A stretch of 64,000 nucleotides of DNA, from positions 558,001 through 622,000 of the forward strand of contig OZ287081.1 in NCBI GenBank assembly GCA_965645245.1, read 5' to 3'. The stretch comes from Massalongia carnosa (Eukaryota). The translations under genes were made by a program, and so were the position numbers. The notes beneath the pieces were generated by a model that was given only the letters and a program-made list of their open reading frames with translations, ran no database searches and was not told the DNA's origin. This document shows, piece by piece, positions 38,877 to 51,088 of the stretch (its first letter is position 1; each line of letters begins with the position of its first letter).

Positions 38877-40773
38877 GGAGAGGGTGGGTCTGATTGTGAA
38901 GAGGACAGCGAACTGAGGTTGGCAAGGTTAGACCTGTGTTCATAGCAAAGGGTGAGATCAAATACCTCTGTAAATCAAGAGTTTCGAGCGTTCTCTTTCG
39001 TTTCTTGGAGCATGTTGCAGATGGATCAGACAAAAAATTTTCTCTCCGTCCTTGGTCTTCCATTCCTGGGTGAAGATTATGCTGCTGACTAGCGGGGCCG
39101 GTGAGATTAGAGGGCTGAAGGGGTATATACATGATTTAAGAAAAGAGCATGTACAGAAGAAGTATGAGGAAGTGAAGCTTAGGGCATGACATGGGACGTC
39201 AACACATGGCTATAGACTGTTCAGTCGAAGCAATTGCTGCTCAGTACGTTGTCAAGTCATCACAGGTAAACTAGGTGAGGTTGAGAGTTACGAACACGAG
39301 ATGTAAGTAATTAATTCTTCGGGTAACCGGTTATCGGTAATCGGGGCCCGCAATCCGTTGTAAGCGAGATTCCACCAAACGTTCTAGCCGTGCCGCCTTG
39401 ACTAAGGGAGTTCTGTGTTATCTATAGAGTATAAGCGGTGTAAGCGCAGGATTGCCTGGCATCCTCCAATTCGCCATGCTCCATGTCTTCGGTACAGATC
39501 TATTATTGTGAAGCAGCTGATGAGGAATGCTAGGAGGTTCGGTCAAGGAATCATAAAGGCTAAGTTTACAGAACACAAATACAATCAAATGAGCTAAATT
39601 TAAATCTTGACCTCTCAGCATTTCCTACATGATCGCTTTATGCGTTTCCTATTACATAAAAGAACTTAGTCTTCTGTGAATCAGTTCAAATGAGCTGAAG
39701 CAATATTCACCATAGATCGACAGCTTCTGAATGGTAAGAAATATAATAACAAGCAGGATATATTAAAACAAAATGCCTCTCAAGCAAACAATACTAAAAA
39801 ACAAGTTCTAGGTGGTTGTTCACGCTTTTCGCTCTAAAGGTTGCAGGATCAATATATTGAAATCATTACCCTTCCTACCTTCATTGAAGCAGCAAAGCGT
39901 GGTTCCGAGACTTCGATTGTAGTTGATCTTCAAGTTATTTTAAAAGAAACATTCTAAACCATCTCGTTGCAATAAGAAATTGGCAAAGATAATCTCAACT
40001 CTACATGATTCCGGTAAAGTATAAGGAAAATCAAGCCTCCCAGAATAAGAAAAGAAATATGATCTTCATTCGGAAGAAACAGCGGCCAGAGGAGTACTCA
40101 ATGGCTGTACTTTCTCGATGTATTTATTAAACAAACTGCAAATGCTCTACATATTTTCAGCGCAAACACAGCATGTCGAACAACCGTAATGAAAACTCCA
40201 TCCCAGTTATCCCATTTGAGGTGCCTAACAGACCAAACTAGAATAGACAGGGCAGATATTGCGTCAAACCCTGTCTTTCTTTGCGGAAGAGAAGGGTCGA
40301 TTGGGGTGTGTTTCTAACATGATGAAAACGAATGAGAAGAATGACAAAGAGGAGAGCGTTTAGGCTGATGAAGATAGTGTTAGAATATGGGTCTAAAGAT
40401 TTCTAGGCATGGAATGTGGGATTTAGATAAGCAGAGTGGGGAGAACCTGGTAGTGGTCGGTCAGCCAGAACTTAAGAGACTGGTTTTTTCCTTTCCATCT
40501 AGAGTAAAGCCGGCTAATCATTGAACACGTGGTGATCGAGTGGAAGTGGTCATAATTTACAACCCGATGAATGGATAATGCTCGATGCTCAAAAATAGTC
40601 TCCCTAGACTAATCCAGATAGCCCTACTCTTTCTTTCCCTCTAGATTTGGTATATATTACAGCAAACCAGCATTTGGTGATACCTGTTGTACCCCCTTTA
40701 TCCTAAGTGAGGGTTGAAGAATGGTATCCAATCATCGGGAATCCTAATTGGAGGTATGAGATTAGGAAACTCG

Positions 40774-41564
40774 TTAGGTGCCTCTATTGGGCTCCGGGAA
40801 CCGCCGAATGCTGAATCGCATTTTGTACCAGCCATCGCAGGCTTTTAACCAAAATTCCTAGTTAGCTATCTTGGTTGAAGCAGGTGAAGCGGTTGGGAGT
40901 GATAAGAAACACATTTAACTGACATTGATACTTTCACAACAGTACTGGTTTTCCGGGTGTGCACATCTGCCACGACTATCGTCCTCACTCCCTGCGTAGC
41001 AGCAGCGTCAGTGGATATTATCGCATGGCGCTGTCGCAATTATACATCCAGCAGAGTTGATGGGAAACACTAGATAGATATATAAAACTCACAAGCTCTA
41101 CAACCCGACACCGTGAATGACCGGGCCTCAAGATTCCGTCTGCCAATACCGAGGCCCCGATGTATGATCTTACCCACGCAACAAGATGGATTCTTCCCCG
41201 AAACACATGCCCAAGGGGCCAAAGGAGGCTGTTCTTTACCAGGCGAGTCAATTTGGTTCCTTTGGCCGTTTGACGCAGGATCTCCGGAATCAAGTGTTAC
41301 ACGGGCAGAAGACAAGGGTGTATCACTGAAACTGTTCGTGCTCGTATCATCTGTGTAGGTATCCCTAGCACCATCAATTAGGCTGATGGCTTGTGTTGAA
41401 CCTCTCCGGAGACCAATATTGGCTAATTCAAGATCCCCAACAGTGGCAAGGTTTAGGGAATCCAGACCAGGAGGTCCAACATAGTCGGAGTTTTGTGGGA
41501 AAGAATCGGCATTTATCACGTTAAAACAAACTAAAAGCATAAGAGAAGAGAAAAAGGAACGCAT
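40774..41564 (-). CDS. Small secreted cysteine-rich, hydrophobin-like protein; introns 40992-41092 and 40858-40923
   Basis: Signal peptide MRSFFSSLMLLVCFNVINA. After splicing, the Cys pattern is C-X7-CC-X25-C-X11-C-X7-CC-X10-C. Confidence 0.6.
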
Positions 41565-42520
41565 CGTCGATATGGCAAGACCGGTCTATGTATGCGACCT
41601 ACGGTATTATGGCATCGCAGGAATTTATTGAAGTCGTGGACGTATTGCTGCAGTAATGGAAGCTTCGAGAGTCCGATCATGCTACTTATGCATTTAACAG
41701 ATACGGCACGCAATCAAAACTCTTCAGGGGAAAGTAAGTTGCTATGGAAGCTGTGTTTCACCATCGGAAAGGCTTTTGGATTCATACATTGCCTGCTTAG
41801 CATCTAGATAAGGTCTCTTAGTATACCTTATTAGTCTCCCTGTAGAGGAATCGATGAGCGGGATAGGCTTGCAGAACTTTGAGGGAGCACACGGGTGACA
41901 AAAAAAGACAACGTGTAGATATATATTCACGTCTTAGATTTTCCGATTTCGCAAGTGAAATTGTAAGTGTGTTGTTAAAAACATCAAACCTTACTCAATG
42001 TTATTAGTTTCATGTTGACTTTTTTAAGTGACTTTATTGTGATTTAAGCATGGTTTAATTATGAGTAAGGAGTGAGGCGAATAAGATTTTGGTATGGTGT
42101 TTCGCTTTCGCGGGGAGGAAGTGGAGAAGAAGCTAAAAGGAAAATTGTTTTCGCTCCCGTCCGTTGTGTTTGATTCTTTTTTTATCGGTCAAATGCGGAA
42201 ACGGGATATCAAAAATCGTACGATCGCTTACCCTTCCACGCGCTTTCCAAAAAAACCGCAAGGTGCAAGATCCAACACCACTGATTTTCAACTTTCTCAT
42301 CTATTTTCTAGTTCGTCTATGGCGAGAGCTAGTGCGGGACCGATGCTATTCGGCTACCAGCGGATTCGGCCATCTCGGATTCGGAGGTAGCACTGCATAG
42401 TAGTTTTTGAGTCCGATCCAACAATCCTCCAACCTAACGAACAATCCATCCTTCTTCCCTTCTTCATCTTCGATAAACACGTATAAACCTAGCTCCGCTC
42501 TACTCCCTTCCATAAACAGA

Positions 42521-43599
42521 ATGCCTACTACCCGCCGCATTGCGTCCACCGCCGACGATAGCGGCCCTACTGGCCCCCTCACCCCCCTTGTGCCTGACTC
42601 TCAGCCGACCTCCGCAACAATGCAGGCCGGCCAGCCAGCGGAAGAAGGGCCTACACGCCCCGGTACCCTGATGAGCTACTTGAACTTCGCGTACAACGCG
42701 ACATTTTGGTACCAGAGGGGCGCCAGGCCGAAATGAGAAAGCTTAGGAAGGAAATTGTCGACAGACAGGCCGCGTTGGAGGTGGAGGAGGCCCCTACGGG
42801 ATTTCAGCATGGGGGATCCCAACAGACAAATCAGGCCTTTCAGAGCGAAGGTACGGATGACCCAAGAATCCTCCCTCTGACAAGTGACTTTCCGGCCATA
42901 AACCAGCTGTATTTCAAGCAAATTTTGGAAAATAAGTTTGACCCCATCAATATCGCCAAGATGTGCAGCGACGTTACTCTGAGCAAGTCTACGAAGAAAT
43001 CTATCAATATCAGCAAAGGTCTGGAGGTCATTACTGGCGAGGATGACGCATCGTTGAGCGACATCAAGGGTATCACCCACCTAATTCGTTGTCTTTTGGT
43101 ATACTGGCAAGCGGTATTGCACTTTGCACAACCAAGTCTGTTCAAAGATCTAGTAAGGGCCTTCATGAAATACGAGGACCGGCTGATTTTGCTTCACAAT
43201 ACCTACACATGGGAGTCGTTGCTGCAAGTTCATATGCTATTTCATAGAACGCTGTGGTATCAAGGAGTGGACGACCCCGTAAAATGGAGGCAAAGCTACC
43301 TAGACTTGGAAAACACATACCTGGTTAAACGCGAGAGGCCCCTCAACAACCTTCAAACCCGGACCGGATTTGGGGGATACACAACCAATTCAAACAGCAA
43401 TACTCCAAGGCCCTACCCTTGCCATCGGTATAACACAGGCAAGGACTGCCGAGACTGCAGATACCAACACGTCTGCAGCAACTGCGGGAGACAGCACCCA
43501 GCACTTAGTTGCAGGGGCAACACCCTCAATAATAGCACCCAAGTAGCCAATCTCGTAACAATCCTAATTGGACACCGGTCAATAGGAAGGATTCACTAG
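42521..43599 (+). pseudogene. Ngaro gag-like ORF (frameshift at about 42710)
   Basis: ORFs 42407-42736 and 42706-43599, with a C-terminal CCCH/CCHC-type zinc finger. Confidence 0.75.
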
Positions 43600-43643
43600 C
43601 CGGCCCATATGACCATATCGCGGAAGGTTTTCCGTACAGACTG

Positions 43644-46600
43644 ATGGACAAACTCGAGGCTCTTCAGCAAGGACCATTCATCCTCGCCGGCTGGAAGAAG
43701 CACCTAGAAACTCATCCCGATAACGTGTACAAGCAGGCTATTTTTGATATTATTCGGTATGGGGCCAAGATTGGGTATACCGGCCCAGAACAATTCATCC
43801 TCAGCCCCAATCTGCTATCAGCAAAAGAAGCTCCTGATATACTCACTAAAGATGTCGAGGAGCAGAGGGATAAGGGACGATTGACGCGAGCAGATATTCT
43901 TCCCTCCAAGTTGATATCATCCCCATTAGGTCTCGTACCCAAATCAAATGGTACATGGCGCCGTATCCATCATTTATCTCATCCTGAAGGATCGTCGGTA
44001 AATGACTTCATCCCTCAGGAATGGGGGGCCTTGGAATACCCCACATTCGATGACGCTGTCGTGCATATTAGTAAAAAGGGATTTCTCCGATGCCTTTCGC
44101 CATACAGAGTATACCCGTGGCTAAAAGCGACTGGTGGTTGCTGGGATTTCAATGGGATAATGTTTACTGGATGGAGCGCTTTCTACCTTTCGGCTTGCGC
44201 ACGTCTCCTTTTCTATTCGATTTGTTTGCAAAGGGGATAAATTGGATGTGTTTACAAAAGGGAATCAATACCGGGACACCCCTTTTCACTACCTTGACAC
44301 TCCATTTCACTACATTAACACCCCCAAGTAAGCTAACCAAATCGGGTACAAATTTCCCTCAGGCGCAGAAATAACTGGAGAAAACATGCTCGATTTGATG
44401 AATTCAGGTGTGTTTTAGACAGTCGTTTAATGCTTTCTCGATGATTGTTTCATTGAATTGGGCTTCATTTCGTGTTTACATTTGAAAGGCCTGGAGCAAA
44501 CCCACTCCATCTACTTCAATCGATTGAATAGCTTCACCGGAGGCCACCCCTTCACCTTGTGACTGCCCTCTGCCCCGTCCTCGCCCTCGCCCTCGCCTCG
44601 GAGGCCCATTCAACACCTCCTCGACATGTTCGAACCCTGATAACTCACGTTGGGTAGAGTTATCAGCCTCCCATTGAGCTCTTTCCGATTGTAAACGCAT
44701 CGCGATTGACGGACGCCCTCGGGGTCGGGCTACTACCTCGGGGTCGCGCACCAATAGCAAAGGATTGATGAAATTTGGAGGTGGTGATTCGTGGCGATAA
44801 TAAGCCCGATCAAGGGGGCGCTGAAACCACCATTTGATGTGAATGTCGTCGCGCTGAAGCACATTGGGGGCCGGGCCAGAAAGTCGAACCTACTTGCAAT
44901 AGAATTAGTATGTTTTCAGGGCTATTTCCTTCAGTTTATCAACTTTCCTGGATTTCATGAGCACATGGTAGCCCCATTGTTGCTCGAAATGCCCCGGTGC
45001 ATAATGAAAGAGGGGTTCGTTTGATCCAAAAAACGTTCGTACTGACTATGCACCTTTAACAATGCAAAAGGCGTGATATAAGCCCTTACATCGCTGTAAA
45101 GAGGTCTTCGTAGTCGGGTAGGAAAGCGCATTTTAGCCTCATCCAGTTTTATCACGTACTCTTGATGCTGATTCTTTAATAATAAATCAATGTTGTCAAC
45201 CACCGTTTTGAGATCACCGGTAGAAAATCCCAACTGATGTTTCAAGATAGCATGGCCCCCCTACACCCTAGAGGTAGCAATATTGTCGAAATGAAGAACT
45301 TTGTCGAGGAATGCCTTGACGAATTTTCGTTTATATGGGGCTAGCCATGTGTCTACCAGGTACTGCACTTCCGCTGAATGATCATGTGAATAAGCATCAT
45401 TCAGAGCGTCCCAATTGACCTCGTATTCCTCTTCAGTCTTTGAATAAACCACCGCATGCCACATGCTTTCGAAGGCCATCCAGTCATCGTCGGAATGAGC
45501 ACTATGTCTAAAAACAGGTTTCCAATGCTCCTGAACATTCCTGTGAATATGCCACAAGCATAACAAATGACGTGTGTCAGGAAACACACTGTAAATAGCG
45601 GCCATGAGGCCAATGTCTCGATCGGTGACTACTACCTTTGGATAGGAAATATTCAGCATTCGATAAAGGGTTTTTAATTGTTGAAGAAACCAAACATAGT
45701 CCTCTTACGTTCTTGACGAAGAAAGGCAAACCCCTCATAAAATGAGGTGTTTAGGGCCGTTGTTCCCATTGTTGATATCAATGGTAATTTGTATCTGTTG
45801 GTTTTATAGGTGCAGTCCATGATTAACACGTCGGGGTTGGTCATCAGGGTGCTTTGACAGGAATCTTTGCTGAAATAAAGATGTGTTATGCGATCGAGAT
45901 TGTCTTTGAGATAAAACGAATTCCTACTGCAATTTAGTATGTAAAACATTGCATCTTCTCCGTACATACCAATGAGGCCGATTTAACTCCTGCATCAACG
46001 CCTGAATGGGAGTCAGTCGTCCTAGTGCCTGTGTCGAATTTCCGCCTTCGCATTGTAAATATCTTGTCGCTTGAAAAGAGGATTATTGTCATTTATATCG
46101 TCAGTCTGACCGAGCCGAAGAGACGAAAGGATTTAACTCGGTTTCATTTGCACCTTCGTTGCGCGCACAATTTCATCAGCTATAGCTGGGGTGATAGCAA
46201 GTTTTCTGAGCGATGGATGAGAGCCTTCCACGGTAGCAGAGTGATTGTGGCCTGGATTTCGAATATCGCGAACTATCCATTCATCGTCTTTAGACTTGAC
46301 CACTACAGAGAAAGGACAGTCAATGGTCCTGGAGGTTCCATGTAAGCGTTTCTGTCCTCGAGGCTGACGGTTCTTTCGTCCTCGGTCGCAACAAATATAA
46401 CATGTGTCTATCAATCCAGTGGTCGCACACTTTTTGGTGCGAAGCTGGCAGACAGCATACCCCTCAGGGCCTGCGTGTTTTTGCATGGCGACAAGAAGAT
46501 TGAGCGATCCATGTTTCGTTCAGCAGGGTAGGGGCAAGATTCATATTGATAGCTGATTGGTTAATGTGCATACAATGACGAATGGAATGCATGCAGATAT

Positions 46601-47648
46601 GCCGAAGTTCCAGCTTCGGAACGGATAAACAGCCTGATTTGGTTAGCTTACTTTGGGGGTGTTAATGATTTCTTGGCAGTTTGCCGCACTAATCCCGAAG
46701 CGGAAGCTTCCACTCGGTACTTCTTCGGAATCGCAGTCAACGAAAAGAAAAATAAAACTGGTCATGTGATCGATTTCTTAGGCATTGAATTGGATACTAT
46801 GCTCATGGAAGCACGGCTACCACCAGACAAACTGCAGAAAGCCAAAGACCTCGTCAAACAGGCCTTGCAAAAATCATCGATTAGAAGGGAGGAATTAGAC
46901 TCCTTGGTGGGAATTTTGTCATTCGCAGCTAAAGTGGTAGTGCCAGGGAGAGCTTTCCTCCGACGTCTTTTTAGCGACAAAAGCCATGTCTCGTGGGCGT
47001 CATATTCATATTAAGGAGAATATCAAAGCCGACCTGCAGTGGTGGCATCTTTTTTTACCTAAATGGAATGGCATTCGCATGTTAGACCGTCCTCGCGAGA
47101 CATTTCGTCTTTGGACGGACGCATCAGGGTACGGCATTGGGGCCTACATCCTAGTGGAGGATCATACCAATTTCACCATGCCCGCTGAGCATGCACTTTC
47201 TTAACGTTTCACGTCTCGGCTTAGGCCAACTCACATCAATGTCAAAGAAATGACAGCAATATTACACGCTTTGCGTAAATGGCTCCCCGTTTGTGCAGGG
47301 AGCCATGTGATTTTCCACTGTGACAACTTTGCTGTCACGTCAGGAATAAGGAAATCATCTATTCGTGGAAACGCTATGCGGCGTCTTCGGGCAATCGCAA
47401 TGCTGACCGCTATTCATGATATTCGGATTGAAATACGTTGGATCCCAACAAAGTCAAATGAGCTCGCTGACCTCCTATCGCGGGGCAAATTGGAGGAAAT
47501 CGCTAACAAATGGCCCAATTTACAGGAACTTCTACTCAAATCCTATCACGCGACCCTCCCGAAAGCTGGTATAGCGAAATACCTCTATCCCGACCAGCAG
47601 CTAGATACCTGTGGTGGGCTTGGCAGTCAAAACCCGCAGTCTGTATGA
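43644..47648 (+). pseudogene. Ngaro RT/RNase H, split by the Mutator insertion and frameshifted
   Basis: RT N-half at 43644-44260; RT C-half and RNase H at 46667-47648, in several frames. Confidence 0.85.
44260..46667 (-). mobile_element. Mutator-like element (MULE), decayed, nested in the Ngaro RT
   Basis: Fragmented transposase at 46486-44476 with a FAR1-like N-terminus (CDRG..SRTIDCPF..HNH), LIMDCTYKTNRYKLPL, VVVTDRD..LMAAI..VFP..HLLCLWHI and TSRV*GGHAILK. Inverted repeat cattaacacccccaagtaagctaaccaaatc at about 44313-44343 and 46636-46667. Confidence 0.85.
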
Positions 47649-48087
47649 CACAGGGAGAAGAAGCTATGTAACACACTGCAGAATATCAATGAACGCGACT
47701 CCATTTCCGGCAACCATACAGACCTTGTCATCTTGGATAGCGATGCTAGGAGAACACAAAATACAGCCCAAAACCATCAAGGCCTATCTAGCCGGAGTTC
47801 GGTCCAGCCAAATCGACACGGGCTTTGAGGATCTAGAAACGTTTCAACATCCCGTACTAAATAGAATCATTGCCGGCATAAAGCGAAAGAATGGCGAAGC
47901 CGACAAGAAAGAGCGAATGCCCATTACGAAAAACATACTCCTTCGTTTAGTGAAACGATTGGACTTAGCCGACAACGCGCAGGCCACTCTACACGCAGCA
48001 AACTGTTTGGCATTCGCAGGATTTCTTCTCGCAGGCGAATTTACGTGTGCCGCCCGTAGCATGCGTAGTCAGCTAAAGGGCCGCTAA
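47611..48087 (+). pseudogene. Ngaro tyrosine recombinase, C-terminally deleted
   Basis: The N-terminal SAM-like part is present. GFLLAGEFT has L where the catalytic R of GFLRxGE is expected, and homology stops immediately after it. Confidence 0.8.
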
Positions 48088-50090
48088 CCCGAAGAGGCTT
48101 AGCGAAATAGCTAACCCGGAGGGGCTTAGCCGGCTCATAGAGCCACGCACGTCTGAGGTACTGAGGCAAGACCGAGCCCCCTGGCCCTCGCTACTGATGT
48201 GTGACAAATAATCGTCAGGAAGGGGATTGAACTATGCCTGGTGTTTCGAGTAGCAGACGTATGAAGGTAAACTAGAGAGAAAAGCTTCACTTCCGTTCAA
48301 AGGTTCGTGTGTACAGAGTAATTTCAAAGATATTAGTTCTGATAAACCGGGATTCGAAACTTCTCTGCGACTGATTACATGGATGGAGCGAGATATGAAC
48401 TTTAGATAAAGCCGTTCTGTATAAACTAACAACTATCAAGTCTTCATAACAATACCTGTCGTCGTTGATGACTTTCTCTTCTCACTGACTACAAGGCATG
48501 CTTAGCAAACTCATCCTTTTTATCACCACATCTGTGCCTGCAGCTTCAAAGCAGACTCTATTATGATACGAAGTAATCACATCTTCTCTATACAGCCATT
48601 GGTTGCCAAGTCTCAATCCCGCCACTAAATCCTCGGGTTATGTAAAGCAAAAGGATCGCACTGTTGGCCATACGAACCTAACTATTCGAGCCATAGGTAG
48701 TGTTTTGTCCTACTGCTACTTACAATGCGATTGCGGAAGGAACTGAAGAGAATAGGCCTGCCTTATCTAGCAATGAAACCATCATCGAACACTATGTAAT
48801 GGTTCATCTGGTTCCCAGAATTCACATATTTCTTCCAGGAACCACTTAGGGAAGGTCTCATAAGCGAGGAATTCAATCACAGAGCCGCCGCTTATAGAAT
48901 TAGTGGTCTGCTTGTGGATTTTGTAGACTTGGTTCAAAGCCAGCCATCCTTCACGATATTCCATAGTTATTCCAGATCCCTGTGGGCGCATGCGCAAGGT
49001 GTGGTCGTTCCAGCATGGGTCGGGGGGGACTTGAACGAAGAAGCCGGCTGTAAAAGTGACGACGGTGATAACATAAGGAGGTGATATGCTTGGATGTTAG
49101 AGTTTGGTCCAAAATGAAGTTGGAGAGTGGACGTACAGGCGGACAGGATTGGGTGATATACGGAAGGCAGATAGGTGAATGGGGTCAAGGTTATTGAGAT
49201 TGGAAATGAACCACTTTCTCTTGGACTCAATGGGGTCAAGGTTAAGTCTTAGAGTGGAATGTTCAGATGAATTGCGTCACAGGTACAATCGAGCAATACT
49301 TGGCTTAATTGAAACTTTCGAGAGACATCAAGAGCTAGTAGATTCATTGATGCGCAATCAAGATTGGCTGAAGAATATTCCTCTGCAAGACACAGCGGAC
49401 TATTGTGCAATATATATCCACTAGCTAGTGTGGATAGATTTCGAAGTGCTGTGCAGCTGTTATTCACAAGATAAACGACCCGTTCCACGGCGAGGAGAGA
49501 GGATTGCGGGCACTGGCCCCCAACAGCGATTTTCATGCCATAGTGAGAGGGATATTCCTAGCCTCCACTCAAGATGAGTATCTACATTGCCCTTAGCATA
49601 GTCCAAAACCACCATCCATTTTATTAGGCGGATTGCGGTGATTTTTTAAACAGTATCGTGACTCCTTGGTTGCCTTAAACCCGAGGCTGGGCTAAATCCT
49701 CAAGGCGGAGAAGCCATATAAGGTTTGAGCGAGGCGAAGATATTGAATAACTCCATTAATGAAATTCATGACCACATCAGCCGATGATAGTAGTGTTAGC
49801 TACCTCAAGCCTAAGCGGACCAATTTTGAAGTTTCTTATAAAGCATCATGGCTGTAATAGTCTGCTTGTCTAAAAGAGTATCACTTAGGCATCAGGCTAA
49901 ACAAAACAGAAGTGAATTGGGCATAGCGATAACAAAATACCAGAATGTAAGGTTTTTCTTACCATCCAACTCGCCGATTAAGAATCTCTTGCTTCAAAAG
50001 ACATCGTCACTCCCTTTTCCATTCAAGGTCCAACCTGCTCATGGGTTTTTAGCAAAGGAGCCTCAATTATAGAGATATTTGGCAATAACA

Positions 50091-50804
50091 CTATATCTCC
50101 GAAAGTGGGCTACTTCCTGAGCTGACGATAGCAGAGCTGGTGTCGGGGACGGATGCTTGATTCGGGAAACCGCCGCCATGCGTGTAGATGTTTTCTTCCC
50201 AGGCACGTAGGTGTTCAAATTGCCCACCCTCAACAATGATTAGTTTGTCTTCAGCTGGTATTCCCAACAACGTTCCTTGGAATCTTGACTCTTCACTTGT
50301 CTTGCTATGCTTTTTTTTTAATACTGTCAGTTAATAGCATTAGTTCTGTGCAGGTCGTTTAAGAATCGATAGATTTGGCAAACCTGTAAGGAAATCTTCC
50401 CGTTCCTCAAGCGCTGCCATGTCAAGAGCTTCTCCAGGTGTAACGGCAAGCCCGGCAATCCTCCGAATTTCATGGTTTCCCTCACCCTTCATCCACCCGA
50501 CAAATGCTTCAACTCCCCTCAAATCTTCTTCATCTCGGCACTGCTCTTCCATCGTACTCATCTGAGGCCACAGTGCTCCCACATCTTGCAGTGCCATACG
50601 CACGTCGGTAATAGTAGGCGTGGGATCTTTATGATTGGCCAGCGCATGTGAAGCTGTTTTCGTTGCTAATAAGGTAAGATACCGGGCAGCAAGATCCACG
50701 ACCGTGTCTAAGACAGCTGGTCGAGTAGTAGTGAATCCGGCTGCACGAAGAATGTGCAATACGGGAGGTCTCAGCAAAGAGTTGTAGAAGGCGCTCGAGG
50801 ACAT
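50091..50804 (-). CDS. TAF3: TFIID subunit Taf3-like, bromodomain-associated (BTP) histone-fold protein; intron 50324-50383
   Basis: LLRPPVLHILRAAGF..TRPAVLDTVVDLAARYL...TITDVRMALQDVG. The second exon VLKKKHSKTSEESRFQGTLLG is in frame to TAG at 50091. Confidence 0.8.
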
Positions 50805-51088
50805 TATAGAGCTATTGAAATAAAGTTAAGATGCAAGAAGAATACATTTTTATAGTTCATATACTAGAAAATTATTGCCGATGTTCTAAAGGCTAAGCTA
50901 AGTGAGTTGATAAATGCATTAGAACTCATGTCTAATCGATTGAATGAATTAAGACGCTAGTTTAAGCCTATGTATTTTATTCGTTTCAATGACCATCAAT
51001 TCAACCTAACCTCAATATAATGGTTAATGTGGTATTGCGTTGATTTGCATAATCGCCTCATTCTAATTCTCATCACATCTCAAACAAC

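Larger units (their letters stand above)
42300..48195 (+). mobile_element. Decayed Ngaro/DIRS tyrosine-recombinase retrotransposon (gag-RT-RNaseH-YR); boundaries approximate
   Basis: Gag-like ORF with a CHRYN..C..CRYQHVCSNCGRQH..C zinc finger. RT motifs SSPLGLVPKSNGTWRRIHHLSHP, LPFGLRTSPFLF, DFLAV and FLGIELDT. RNase H motifs LWTDASG, HINVKEM, HCDN and NELADLLSR. YR N-terminus TIKAYLAGVRS...LAFAGFL.AGEFT. Confidence 0.9.

Noticed and set aside
44274..44325. CRISPR-like repeat array
   Set aside because: The units are contiguous 21-bp tandem repeats with no spacers, in a eukaryotic transposon junction.
49178..49244. 16-bp direct repeat aatggggtcaaggtta, 51 bp apart
   Set aside because: Only two copies with no associated structure; most likely a local duplication.
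8200..50000. Starship giant transposon as the explanation for the accessory region
   Set aside because: No DUF3435 captain recombinase was recognised at either edge and no boundary repeats were found. The two recombinases present are Ngaro and Crypton types.
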